From Macrostomum lignano (taxonomy: Eukaryota), in the NCBI GenBank assembly GCA_002269645.1, contig NIVC01001020.1, positions 310,001 through 374,000 of the forward strand: 64,000 bases of DNA, written 5' to 3'. Under the pieces are notes generated by a model that was not told where the DNA came from, did not search any database, and saw nothing but the letters and a program-made list of their open reading frames with translations. This document shows positions 13,409-24,104 of this stretch, one piece after another (the stretch's first letter is position 1; every line of letters starts with the position of its first letter). Made by a program: the position numbers and the translations under genes.

Positions 13409-15415
13409 ACACAGAGAGTTTCTTTAATTGAAGCTTTCTCGGCGAGACACAAATCTCGCTCACAATATATTTATAGAGGTGAAACTCCTAATTGCACGTT
13501 GCATTGCCAAATCGATACGCAATCACCTACACATTCTAGTCTGAGTACAGTATACGCCCACGCATTCAATAAGGTCAATAGTTAATTGTCAGTGGTCAGT
13601 TCATTGCGCAAGCATTGTCAATCACTACATTCTCCCCCCTTCCGGAAGAGGATAACGCGCCGGTTGCCGTCAAGCTCGAGTTGACCTTCGAAGTTCAGGT
13701 GGAGGTGGCGGCTCGCCCGTCCGTGGGGCGGAGCCGGCGGCAGCGGCAAATCGAACCAGTCGTCCTCTTGGTCGGCCGCGCCGTTGTCAGCCGGTGGGCT
13801 GTTGCACTTAACCAGCCGACTCGCTTGCCACTTTGTACCGTCGGACAGCACGAAGGTGTTGCGCCCTGCTCGGGAGGCGATCTTTAGCGGTTCCTTCAGT
13901 CGGGTCGCCAGCTTGTGCGCTCGGTGCGGCGTCTGTCGCCAGACCCAGTCTCCGGCCTGGAGCATAGAGTCACGAGCTCGCCTTCGCTTGTTGGTGTAGT
14001 CGGCATTCTTGGCTTGCCTCTGTGCGATGCTGTCTCGCAGGTCGCTGTCGTCCCGCTGTTGCACTGGAGTTGGCCTGAGCAGCTGCAGTCCGGACCGCAG
14101 CTTGCGCCCGATCATCAGCTCGGCTGGAGTCAGCCCGGTGAGAGCGTGCTGGCTGGTCCTGTAGGTCTTGAGCACCAGGTCGATGGCGTCCTCGAACTTC
14201 GCTCCCGCCCTCAGGTTCGCTGCCAGGCCCTCCTTCAGACTCCGGTTGAATCGCTCGACTCCGCCGTTGCCTTGCGGGTAGTACCGGCTCACTCGGCTGT
14301 GCTGGATGCCCTCGGCTCGCAGGAACTCTTCGAACTCGTCGCTGACGAACTGGGGTCCGTTGTCGCTGATCAGCATCTTCGGGAGTCCCCACCGGCCGAA
14401 TAGCTTCCGAAGCGTCTTGATGATGTTGGCAGAGGTGACGGTTTCCATGGCTGCAATCTCCGGCCACTTGCTGTACAGGTCGTGGATCACCAGTAGAAAC
14501 CGCTGGTGTCGAGGAGCCGCGGCGACCTCGCCGAAGATGTCGATCTCGACCTTGTCCCACGGTCCATCTGGCCACTCGATTGGTGTCACGATCGTCTGTT
14601 GAGGCTTGCCGGACTTCTCCGCCAGAGTGCAGGCCGTGCAGTTCTTGACGTAGTCCTCCACCTGCCGGTCAATTCCAGGAAACCAGACCGTGTCGCGACA
14701 CAGCTGCTTTGACCGAACGACGCCCGGATGCCCTTCGTGGGCCTCCTCGATGACTTGAAGTCGCAGGCTCGTCGGAATGATCGCGCGTTCACCACGACCG
14801 AGGCACTGACCGTTGTTCCAGCAGAACAGCTCGTCCCGGACGTTGAAGTACGGCTTTAGAGAGCTGTCCACCTTCGTTGGCCAGCCGCCCGAGATGTACC
14901 GCAAAACCGCCTGCAGCACTTCGTCCTCCTTGGTCGCCGTTGCCAGTGCGTCTGCCGTCAGCGTTGTCTTCGAGTCGACGACTGCGTAGACGTAGCCCTC
15001 CTCGTCGGTCTCCTCGGCTGGAACGCGCTCCGTCGTGGCCCATCTGGACAGCATGTCCGCGCACTTGTTGTCAGCGCCAGGGATGTGCTCAAACCGGACG
15101 TCGTAGCCGCGAAGTCTCTCGACCCATCGATGAATGGCATCGATGAGGCCTGTGCCCCATCCCATCCTCGTCGCCATTTGTTGTGTTCTAATTAACACAG
15201 AGAGTTTCTTTAATTGAAGCTTTCTCGGCGAGACACAAATCTCGCTCACAATATATTTATAGAGGTGAAACTCCTACTTGCACGTTGCATTGCCAAATCG
15301 ATACGCAATCACCTACACATTCTAGTCTGAGTACAGTATACGCCCACGCATTCAATAAGGTCAATAGTTAATTGTCAGTGGTCAGTTGATTGCGCAAGCA
15401 TTGTCAATCACTACA
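13409..15415 (-). mobile_element. Ty3/Gypsy LTR retroelement, internally deleted (integrase-only), about 2.0 kb
   Basis: 5' LTR 15415-15179 (TG...CA on the minus strand). 3' LTR 13629-13409, which is near-identical but lacks its last ~16 bp. PBS TGGCGACGAGGATGGGAT at 15176-15159. PPT GGAAGGGGGAGAA just before the 3' LTR. Confidence 0.93.
13618..15177 (-). CDS. RNase H C-terminal stub plus complete retroviral-type integrase (HHCC zinc finger, DDE core)
   Basis: RWVERLRGYD..HIPGADNKCADMLSR (end of RNase H); HEGH..CTAC; EIDIFG; ISDNGPQF; NGGVERFNRSLK. The ORF is uninterrupted from an ATG at 15177 that overlaps the PBS. Confidence 0.9.
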   Translation of the reverse strand: MATRMGWGTGLIDAIHRWVERLRGYDVRFEHIPGADNKCADMLSRWATTERVPAEETDEEGYVYAVVDSKTTLTADALATATKEDEVLQAVLRYISGGWPTKVDSSLKPYFNVRDELFCWNNGQCLGRGERAIIPTSLRLQVIEEAHEGHPGVVRSKQLCRDTVWFPGIDRQVEDYVKNCTACTLAEKSGKPQQTIVTPIEWPDGPWDKVEIDIFGEVAAAPRHQRFLLVIHDLYSKWPEIAAMETVTSANIIKTLRKLFGRWGLPKMLISDNGPQFVSDEFEEFLRAEGIQHSRVSRYYPQGNGGVERFNRSLKEGLAANLRAGAKFEDAIDLVLKTYRTSQHALTGLTPAELMIGRKLRSGLQLLRPTPVQQRDDSDLRDSIAQRQAKNADYTNKRRRARDSMLQAGDWVWRQTPHRAHKLATRLKEPLKIASRAGRNTFVLSDGTKWQASRLVKCNSPPADNGAADQEDDWFDLPLPPAPPHGRASRHLHLNFEGQLELDGNRRVILFRKGGECSD

Positions 15416-15728
15416 CTCACCTCGAAGCGAGCCCGAGCCAAAAACTTGCAAATGAGTGCAGAAGAATATTAACAGTGTTCCGGTTGCTAGGGCCCATAGC
15501 AACGGCATGTCTGGCTTGGAGAATGCAACTTGGGATGCTGAACTGCTGGATTTCCCTGCCCTGGGCCTGAACTACACGGGGCACAGCCGCTTAACAGGCC
15601 GCTGTTTGGCCAATGAAACCGGTCGGTATTCACTGTCCAATCAGCCTTGGGTTGCGTCTCCTTTTCAAACTGCAAAAGAAAGAAAGAACGTAAGGAAAGG
15701 AATTCATTGACTGAAGGACTGCTTGAAT

Positions 15729-18700
15729 CAAGGGTCGGTAAATGCTTTTTTACCGTAGGGGCCAGGCAGAGAAACCAGGGAGAGAGGGGAAGAAATAGGG
15801 AAGATAGAGGAGAGATAGGAAAAAAGAAGAGTTGAGGGAATAAAGGAAAAGAGAAAAGACTAAAGGAGAGGACAGGGGAAAGAAGGGAAAGGGAGGAGAA
15901 GAGAAGAAGAGAGAAAGGAGCGAAGAGGAGAGGAGAGACGAGAAGAGAGGAGAAGAGAAGAGAGGAGAAGAGAAGAGAAGAGAAGAGAGGAGAAGGGAAG
16001 AGAAGAGAAGAGAAGAGAAGAGAAGAGAGGAGAAGGGAAGAGAAGAGAAGAGAGGAGAAGGGAAGAGAAGAGAAGAGAAGAGAAGAGAGGAGAAGGGAAG
16101 AGAAGAGAAGAGAAAAGAAGAGAAGAGAAGAGAAGAGAGGAGAAGAGAAGAGAAGAGAAGAGAGGAGAAGAGAAGAGAAGAGAAGAGAAGAGAAGAGAAG
16201 AGAAGAGAAGAGAAGAGAAGAGAAGAGAAGAGAGAAGAGAAGAAGAGAGAAGAAGAGAGAAGAGAGGAGAGAAGAGAAGAGAAAAGAGAAGAGAGAAGAG
16301 AAGAGAGGAGAAGGGAAGAGAATAGAAGAGAAGAGAAGAGAAGAGAGGAGAAGGGAAGAGAAGAGAAGAGAGGAGAAGGGAAGAGAAGAGAAGAGAAGAG
16401 AAGAGAGGAGAAGGGAAGAGAAGAGAAGAGAAAAGAAGAGAAGAGAGGAGAAGGGAAGAGAAGAGAAGAGAAGAGAAGGGAAGAGAAGAGAAGAGAAAAG
16501 AAGAGAAGAGAAGAGAAGAGAGGAGAAGAGAAGGGAAGAGAAGAGAGGAGAAGGGAAGAGAATAGAAGAGAAGAGAAGAGAAGAGAGGAGAAGGGAAGAG
16601 AAGAGAAGAGAGGAGAAGGGAAGAGAAGAGAAGAGAAGAGAAGAGAGGAGAAGGGAAGAGAAGAGAAGAGAAAAGAAGAGAAGAGAAGAGAAGAGAGGAG
16701 AAGAGAAGAGAAGAGAAGAGAAGAGAGGAGAAGGGAAGAGAAGAGAAGAGAGGAGAAGGGAAGAGAAGAGAAGAGAAGAGAAGAGAGGAGAAGGGAAGAG
16801 AAGAGAAGAGAAGAGAAGAGAAGAGAAGAGAGGAGAAGAGAAGAGAAGAGAAGAGAAGAGAAGAGAAGAGAAGAGAAGAGAAGAGAGAAGAGAAGAAGAG
16901 AGAAGAAGAGAGAAGAGAAGAGAAAAGAGAAGAGAGAAGAGAAGAGAGGAGAAGGGAAGAGAAGAGAAGAGAGGAGAAGGGAAGAGAAGAGAAGAGAAGA
17001 GAAGAGAAGAGAGGAGAAGGGAAGAGAAGAGAAGAGAGGAGAAGAGAGGAGAAGGGAAGAGAAGAGAAGAGAGGAGAAGGGAAGAGAAGAGAAGAGAAGA
17101 GAAGAGAGGAGAAGGGAAGAGAAGAGAAGAGAGGAGAAGGGAAGAGAAGAGAAGAGAGGAGAAGGGAAGAGAAGAGAAGAGAAAAGAAGAGAAGAGAAGA
17201 GAAGAGAGGAGAAGAGAAGGGAAGAGAAGAGAAGAGAGGAGAAGGGAAGAGAAGAGAAGAGAAGAGAAGAGAGGAGAAGGGAAGAGAAGAGAAGAGAAAA
17301 GAAGAGAAGAGAAGAGAAGAGAGGAGAAGAGAAGAGAAGAGAAGAGAAGAGAGGAGAAGGGAAGAGAAGAGAAGAGAGGAGAAGAGAAGAGAAGAGAAGA
17401 GAAGAGAAGAGAAGAGAAGAGAGGAGAAGGGAAGAGAAGAGAAGAGAGGAGAAGGGAAGAGAAGAGAAGAGAAGAGAAGAGAGGAGAAGGGAAGAGAAGA
17501 GAAGAGAAGAGAAGAGAAGAGAAGAGAGGAGAAGGGAAGAGAAGAGAAGAGAAGAGAAGAGAGGAGAAGGGAAGAGAAGAGAAGAGAAGAGAAGAGAAGA
17601 GAAGAGAGGAGAAGGGAAGAGAAGAGAAGAGAAGAGAAGAGAAGAGAAGAGAGGAGAAGGGAAGAGAAGAGAAGAGAGGAGAAGGGAAGAGAAGAGAAGA
17701 GAAGAGAAGAGAGGAGAAGGGAAGAGAAGAGAAGAGAAGAGAAGAGAAGAGAAGAGAGGAGAAGGGAAGAGAAGAGAAGAGAAGAGAAGAGAAGAGAGGA
17801 GAAGGGAAGAGAAGAGAAGAGAAAAGAAGAGAAGAGAAGAGAAGAGAGGAGAAGGGAAGAGAAGAGAAGAGAAGAGAAGAGAGGAGAAGGGAAGAGAAGA
17901 GAAGAGAAGAGAAGAGAAGAGAGGAGAAGGGAAGAGAAGAGAAGAGAAGAGAAGAGAGGAGAAGGGAAGAGAAGAGAAGAGAAAAGAAGAGAAGAGAAGA
18001 GAAGAGAGGAGAAGAGAAGAGAAGAGAAGAGAAGAGAGGAGAAGGGAAGAGAAGAGAAGAGAGGAGAAGAGAAGAGAAGAGAAGAGAAGAGAAGAGAAGA
18101 GAAGAGAAGAGAAGAGAGGAGAAGGGAAGAGAAGAGAAGAGAAGAGAAGAGAGGAGAAGGGAAGAGAAGAGAAGAGAAAAGAAGAGAAGAGAAGAGAGGA
18201 GAAGAGAAGAGAAGAGAAGAGAAGAGAGGAGAAGGGAAGAGAAGAGAAGAGAGGAGAAGGGAAGAGAAGAGAAGAGAAGAGAAGAGAGGAGAAGGGAAGA
18301 GAAGAGAAGAGAAAAGAAGAGAAGAGAAGAGAAGAGAGGAGAAGAGAAGGGAAGAGAAGAGAAGAGAGGAGAAGGGAAGAGAAGAGAAGAGAAGAGAAGA
18401 GAGGAGAGAAAAGAAGAGAAGAGAGAAGAGAGAAGAGAAGAAAAGAGAAGAGAAGAGAAGAGAGAAGAGAGGAGAGAAAAGAAGAGAAGAGAGAAAAGAG
18501 AAGAGAAGAGAACAGAAGAGAAGAGAAAAAAAGAGAGAAGAGAAGAGAAGCGAGAAAGGAGCGGAGAGGAGAGAGAGGATTTGTCAGAGAAGGAGGTGAA
18601 GACAGGAAAGAGGAGAGGAGAGAGGAGATAAATAAGAAAAGAGCAGAGCAGAGACACAAACCCCGAGTGGGCCAGATTGCTGCTCTGAAGTTTCAAAGGA

Positions 18701-18751
18701 CCCGAGGGCCGCATAGAGAGGCTTCGCGGGCCGGAGTTTGCCGACTCCCTG
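15729..18751. mobile_element. Putative non-autonomous hAT (Charlie/MER58-like) element enclosing the GAAGA array
   Basis: The left end is CAAGGGTCGGTAAATGCTTTTTTACCGTAGGGGCCAG and the right end is ...GCGGGCCGGAGTTTGCCGACTCCCTG. These form imperfect TIRs and resemble the two termini of hAT-Charlie MITEs as I recall them. The 8-bp flanks (GCTTGAAT / ACTTTAAA) match at only 5 of 8 positions. Confidence 0.5.
15780..18650. repeat. Homopurine (GAAGA)n satellite with recurring GAGGAGAAGG variant blocks, about 2.8 kb
   Basis: Direct reading. The 1116-aa and 969-aa S/L/F ORFs are artefacts of this array. Confidence 0.97.
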
Positions 18752-19429
18752 ACTTTAAAAAATGTTTTTTTTCCCAAAGGCTCGGCACATCTGCTGACTC
18801 CCATGGGGGGGGGGGGTTCAGCACACACCTGCGCCATAGGGATCTAGAACTAGAACCTGGAGTCCCAACTCTTATTGGCCCGGACGCTAGTAGGCTGACT
18901 GGGGAAAATTACCCCACATAGCCACATATGCTTTTGCATTTGAACAAATCTTTGACTAAGATGCACGCTAAAAACCGAAATCGGATTTTCAAGTATGGAA
19001 ACGAAACAAATATTGTTTTTTGTATTTAATAGACAATAAAAGCAGACACTGATTCATATCATTGCATTCAAAGTGTATCATCAAGGCAACAGAATTACGA
19101 TTTCGGCAATAAAAATGATGGATAAATATGCGTACCTATACTATGAGCTAGCTCGTCATTCGACATCATTCAGAATAAAAAATGTGAATTTAAACAGTAT
19201 AATACGGAAATAATTAATGACTTCAAGCAATATTTAACAAGTTATTGTTGTGACAGTGCAACGTGACTCATTCACATGACTGATTGATCGAATAGTTTTG
19301 CTCTGACTCTGACATCTAATTGATCGCACAATCAGTGTTCAGTCAATGACATCTTGATTGACTTTTGACAGTTGAAATTTTGATTCTCAATTTTAGCCAG
19401 CTATTAAGCAATGTATAACAGTAAAGAAA

Positions 19430-20145
19430 GCCGCAGTCAGCTTCTTGATGTTTCGTTACACAGATAATGCCGACTCCTTCAGTCCTTCTGATTGACCTCC
19501 CGCACCAGCATCTTCGCCATGCAGTTCAAGCAAAGCACAGAAGCACGCCTTACGATTTCTTGCACAATGTCGAGCCCATTCGTGCAGTGTTTCCTGTAGA
19601 AATCAATTTCAGGGCTTCAGACTCGCTGTGCTTTAGACTTAGAGTTCCAAAAACACTAGCCAGCAAGACACGAAGTTGAAAAATGTGCTCCTCATCAATT
19701 GCAGCCAGGAAGTCGAATGCACCTTCGCCTGCTGAATGTCTTTGAAGTCGAAGACTGCAACGGCAGTGTCGCAGACGAGGGAATCCTTACAGAACTCACA
19801 CTTCTTCTTTGTCCGGAGTAATGAACGGGCGCAGAAGCCGCTGATGCAGTAGACGATGGCCAGGTGACTTTTGTCCGGAAAGCAATCGAATACTACTTCG
19901 CCGTGAATCTGATCTGCCAGTTGCCGCAGGTCCTCTTCATCGAACTATATTCTTATTCCGCAGCACCACTTCGATGTCAGTGACAGCAATACTGGAATAC
20001 TTCAACAGAGAAACAGCTCTGATTTTCCTGTCGCTTTCAGATAGCTGGCGCATATAGATAAAAGTTTGCTGCAACTGAGCTGCCGAATCCAGTTGAAACG
20101 CGCTTCGATGCTGTCTGATTGGAATTTTCGTAACTGGACATCGCT
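19430..20145 (-). pseudogene. Degenerate P-element (THAP9-like) transposase, C-terminal portion
   Basis: Manual minus-strand translation across frameshifts gives LRKFQSDSIEARFNWIRQLS..ANFY..RQLSESDRKIRAVSLLKYS, then VYCISGFCARSLLRTKKKCEFCKDSL, then HCTNGLDIVQEIVRRASVLCLNCMAK. These match the catalytic-E region and the Cys-containing C-terminus of P transposases. This region is absent from the ORF track. Confidence 0.72.
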
Positions 20146-20702
20146 GCAGTCGCCAGCCTACTACGGTCCGGGTCCGAGCGCCTCCACTTAAGAGTTGGTA
20201 TTCCAGCTGCTAGATCTAGATTTCCTTGCCTGCGCCCACCCAGCCTCATCTTCAGCTTCCACTGGCTTCACTTCCTCTCTAGTCAAAGAATCTCCAGCAG
20301 TCCATCTATAAATAAAACAGAGCCTGTGATTAACTGCCAGAGAGGAACACTGCTGGTCACTCACGGCTGGTCAGTAGCAAAATGGAATTCTTTCTTAGAA
20401 ACGAGTAAAAGTGCATTGCACAGAAACCCGAGCCTTCTAAACGGTACGAGCAACGGTTAATCTGGCCCTCCCAAGCTGACTGCCTACCCAATGGCCTATA
20501 CCCATGGGATGGATCTGTTAGCCCACTATATCCCTTATCGTTTGCAAAGTTCGCTCTAATCAAAATATTTGGATAGCTGAAAGCAAATTTATTGCCAGCT
20601 CGAGGCAACGCATTTGCTTTGATGCCAATGCTCTGCCACCCCCCCCCCCACCGCCCAGTGACCGGCCTTCGGTATATTTCTAAAATTAACTCTATTAAAA
20701 TT

Positions 20703-21758
20703 AAATGAGTGACCGTGGCGCTAAAGTGAGTGACTGCGACGCTAAAATGAGTGAGTTTGGTGCTGAAATGCGTGACAGTGGCGCTAAAATGAGTGACTGT
20801 GGCGCTAAAATGAGTGAGTTTGATGCTGAAATGAGTGACAGTGACGCTAAAATGAGTGACTGTGGCGCTAAAATGAGTGACAGTGGCGCTAAAATGAGTG
20901 ACAGTGGCGCTAAAATGAGTGACAGTGGCGCTAAAATGAGTGAGTTTGATGCTGAAATGAGTGACAGTGGCGCTAAAATGAGTGAGTTTGGTGCTGAAAT
21001 GAGTGACAGTGGCGCTAAAATGAGTGAGTTTGGTGCTGAAATGAGTGACAGTGGCGCTAAAATGAGTGAGTTTGGTGCTGAAATGAGTGACAGTGGCGCT
21101 AAAATGAGTGAGTTTGGTGCTGAAATGAGTGACAGTGGCGCTAAAATGAGTGAGTTTGGTGCTGAAATGAGTGACAGTGGCGCTAAAATGAGTGACAGTG
21201 GCGCTAAAATGAGTGACAGTGGCGCTAAAATGAGTGACAGTGGCGCTAAAATAAGTGACAGTGGCGCTAAAATGAGTGACAGTGGCGCTAAAATGAGTGA
21301 GTTTGATGCTGAAATGAGTGACAGTGGCGCTAAAATGAGTGAGTTTGATGCTGAAATGAGTGACAGTGGCGCTAAAATGAGTGACAGTGGCGCTAAAATG
21401 AGTGACAGTGGCGCTAAAATGAGTGAGTTTGATGCTGAAATGAGTGACTGTGGCGCTAAAATGAGTGACAGTGGCGCTAAAATGAGTGACAGTGGCGCTA
21501 AAATGAGTGACAGTGGCGCTAAAATGAGTGACAGTGGTGCTAAAATGAGTGACAGTGGCGCTAAAATGAGTGAGTTTGGTGCTGAAATGAGTGACAGTGG
21601 CGCTAAAATGAGTGACAGTGGCGCTAAAATGAGTGACAGTGGCGCTAAAATGAGTGACAGTGGCGCTAAAATGAGTGAGTTTGATGCTGAAATGAGTGAC
21701 AGTGGCGCTAAAATGAGTGAGTTTGATGCTGAAATGAGTAACTGCAGCGCAAAATGAG
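20703..21758. repeat. 21-bp minisatellite with two interspersed unit types (GAGTGACAGTGGCGCTAAAAT and GAGTGAGTTTG[G/A]TGCTGAAAT), about 50 copies
   Basis: Direct reading. ORFs on both strands arise because 21 is a multiple of 3. Confidence 0.95.
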
Positions 21759-22321
21759 TGTGAAGTCGTTGAGTGTAAAGGCATATCAGCCACAGTAACC
21801 CAGTTGCAGCCAATCCTCTGTAATTATATTTTATATAAATAAATACGGTATATGACTTCTATTCTATCTTGAATCCCATCTCTTTCAAACTTCGCTCGTG
21901 CCTCTCCACAGTGGGAACTGGTACAACCCTACTAACCCTATATTGCGTTCACATTTCACCCACTTGTGCCGCATCCCCTTAGTAGCCTCAGCGGTGGTGC
22001 GAGAGCATTCTGTTGCAATCGAAAAGTTCACTTTGTAACCTTCCCGGTTTATCATTCGCTTTTACGCAGAAATGCATGGCCACTTGGTTGCAGCAAAAAT
22101 TATTCTCTTTCAGCGCAATGTTGAACTGCACCTGCGGAAGCACCTGCGGAATTTGCAATGCCCAGGAAATTCCTTCACGAACTATTCGACGAAAGCTTCG
22201 AATAGTGCATGGCTACATTCGGTGTGCAACGTTTTACGGCAAGTCTGTGTTATTCGGGGAGTAGAAGAAATGTTCGGGGTTGTGCGTTGCAATTTTAATT
22301 TGAGGGGATCGCAACCCTGAG

Positions 22322-22954
22322 CGCCCCCTGTCTCTTGGTTCGCGTTGGCACCCGTCTTTTTTGGTGGGCGCCCCTGTCTCTTGGTTCGCGTTGGCACCCG
22401 TCTTTTTTGGTGGGCGCCCCTGTCTCTTGAGTTGGGCGCCCCTGTCTCCTGAGTTGGGCGCCCCTGTCTCTTGAGTTGGGCGCCCCTGTCTCTTGAGTTG
22501 GGCGCCCCTGTCTCTTGAGTTGGGCCCCCCTGTCTCTTGAGTTGGGCGCCCCTGTCTCTTGAGTTGGGCGCCCCTGTCTCCTGAGTTGGGCGCCCCTGTC
22601 TCTTGAGTTGGGCGCCCCTGTCTCTTGAGTTGGGCGCCCCTGTCTCTTGAGTTGGGCGCCCCTGTCTCTTGAGTTGGGCGCCCCTGTCTCTTGAGTTGGG
22701 CGCCCCTGTCTCTTGAGTTGGGCGCCCCTGTCTCTTGAGTTGGGCGCCCCTGTCTCTTGAGTTGGGCGCCCCTGTCTCTTGAGTTGGGCGCCCCTGTCTC
22801 TTGAGTTGGGCGCCCCTGTCTCCTGAGTTGGGCGCCCCTGTCTCCTGAGTTGGGCGCCCCTGTCTCCTGAGTTGGGCGCCCCTGTCTCCTGAGTTGGGCG
22901 CCCCTGTCTCCTGAGTTGGGCGCCCCTGTCTCCTGAGTTGGGCGCCCCTGTCTC
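22322..22954. repeat. 22-bp minisatellite (GGGCGCCCCTGTCTC[T/C]TGAGTT)n
   Basis: Direct reading. Each unit contains the palindrome GGGCGCCC. The left-most units are diverged. Confidence 0.95.
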
Positions 22955-23537
22955 CATGGATGCCTGTGCAGTTAAACTAAGTTTGTTTTAATATGCACTA
23001 ACCACACTACTGGTTTGATAAATCTTCAGTAGCATATCATTCATCTGAGTGTAAATAATTAATTGTATGTTTTGCATGCGAACTGCCCTATATGCTGAAT
23101 TTTCACTTTGGTAACAGAAATTAATTACGGCAAAATTGTTTTGCAAAAAGTAAAAATAAAAAATATCTATCTATTTAAAAAAATAGAACAAAGCATAGTT
23201 CAGTTGCGCGTACTTTTAATCTACATTCTTGTTAAAAAAATTTCAATGAGAATATCTGTGTGCAACCAAAATACACAGGTTACGCTGCTATGCAGTATCA
23301 GGAGATCGGAGGGCTATAATTGAGCAAGCAGAAAATCCTTGTCTTACTGTGGCGGAAAGAACAGGCAATTAATTTGAAGCAGAAGAATCAAAGACAGCAA
23401 AGTAGAGGAGCCAAAAATCTTTGAGGCCCGGTTTAGATGAACGCGTAAGTTAAAAAGCTTCAATTTGGTGAACAAATAACTTCAACCGGCCTCCGAAAAC
23501 ACTAAGGGGTAATATTGTCTGCTTATCTATCAAAACG

Positions 23538-23975
23538 GCGGGATGGTGGCTCATCAAAGGAACAACTCAAAGGGACGGGATGTCGGCTCATCAAAGGATT
23601 GAACAGCTTAAGGGAACGGGATGTCGGCTCATCAAAGGATCGAACAGCTTAAGGGAACGGGATGTCGGCTCATCAAAGGATCGAACAGCTTAAGGGAACG
23701 GGATGTCGGCTCATCAAAGGATCGAACAACTCAAAGGGACGGGATGTCGGCTCATCAAAGGATCGAACAACTTGAGGGAACGGGATGTCGGCTCATCAAA
23801 GGATCGAACAGCTTAAGGGAACGGGATGTCGGCTCATCAAAGGAACAACTCAAAGGGACGGGATGTCGGCTCATCAAAGGATCGAACAGCTTAAGGGAAC
23901 AGGATTTCGGCTCATCAAAGGATCGAACAGCTTAAGGGAACAGGATGTCGGCTCATCAAAGGAACAACTCAAAAG
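23538..23975. repeat. 41-bp tandem repeat (GGGATGTCGGCTCATCAAAGGATCGAACAGCTTAAGGGAAC) with shorter variants, about 11 copies
   Basis: Direct reading. Units are head-to-tail with no unique spacers. Confidence 0.92.
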
Positions 23976-24104
23976 GATGAGATGCCGGCGCTTATCAAAG
24001 GAATGGGCTGTCTCTTCAAAAGGAAAGGAAAGCAGAAGCAGTTATACAAGAATCGCATCAGATCACAGCTCCTAAGACGTCAGGTAGGCAGGCGGCAATC
24101 TGGA

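Noticed and set aside
15487-18837. 1116-aa and 969-aa S/L/F-rich ORFs
   Set aside because: They are translations of the (TCTTC)n strand of the satellite and contain no domain.
20440-20660. Possible degenerate second SINE family on the minus strand
   Set aside because: Only an A-box-like GGTGGCAGAGC is visible, with no B-box or second copy.
20357-22957. Repetitive ORFs over the 21-bp and 22-bp arrays
   Set aside because: They are explained by repeat periodicity and have no flanking unique coding signal.
23538-23975. 41-bp repeats as a possible CRISPR array
   Set aside because: Units are contiguous with no unique spacers, there are no cas genes, and the context is eukaryotic.
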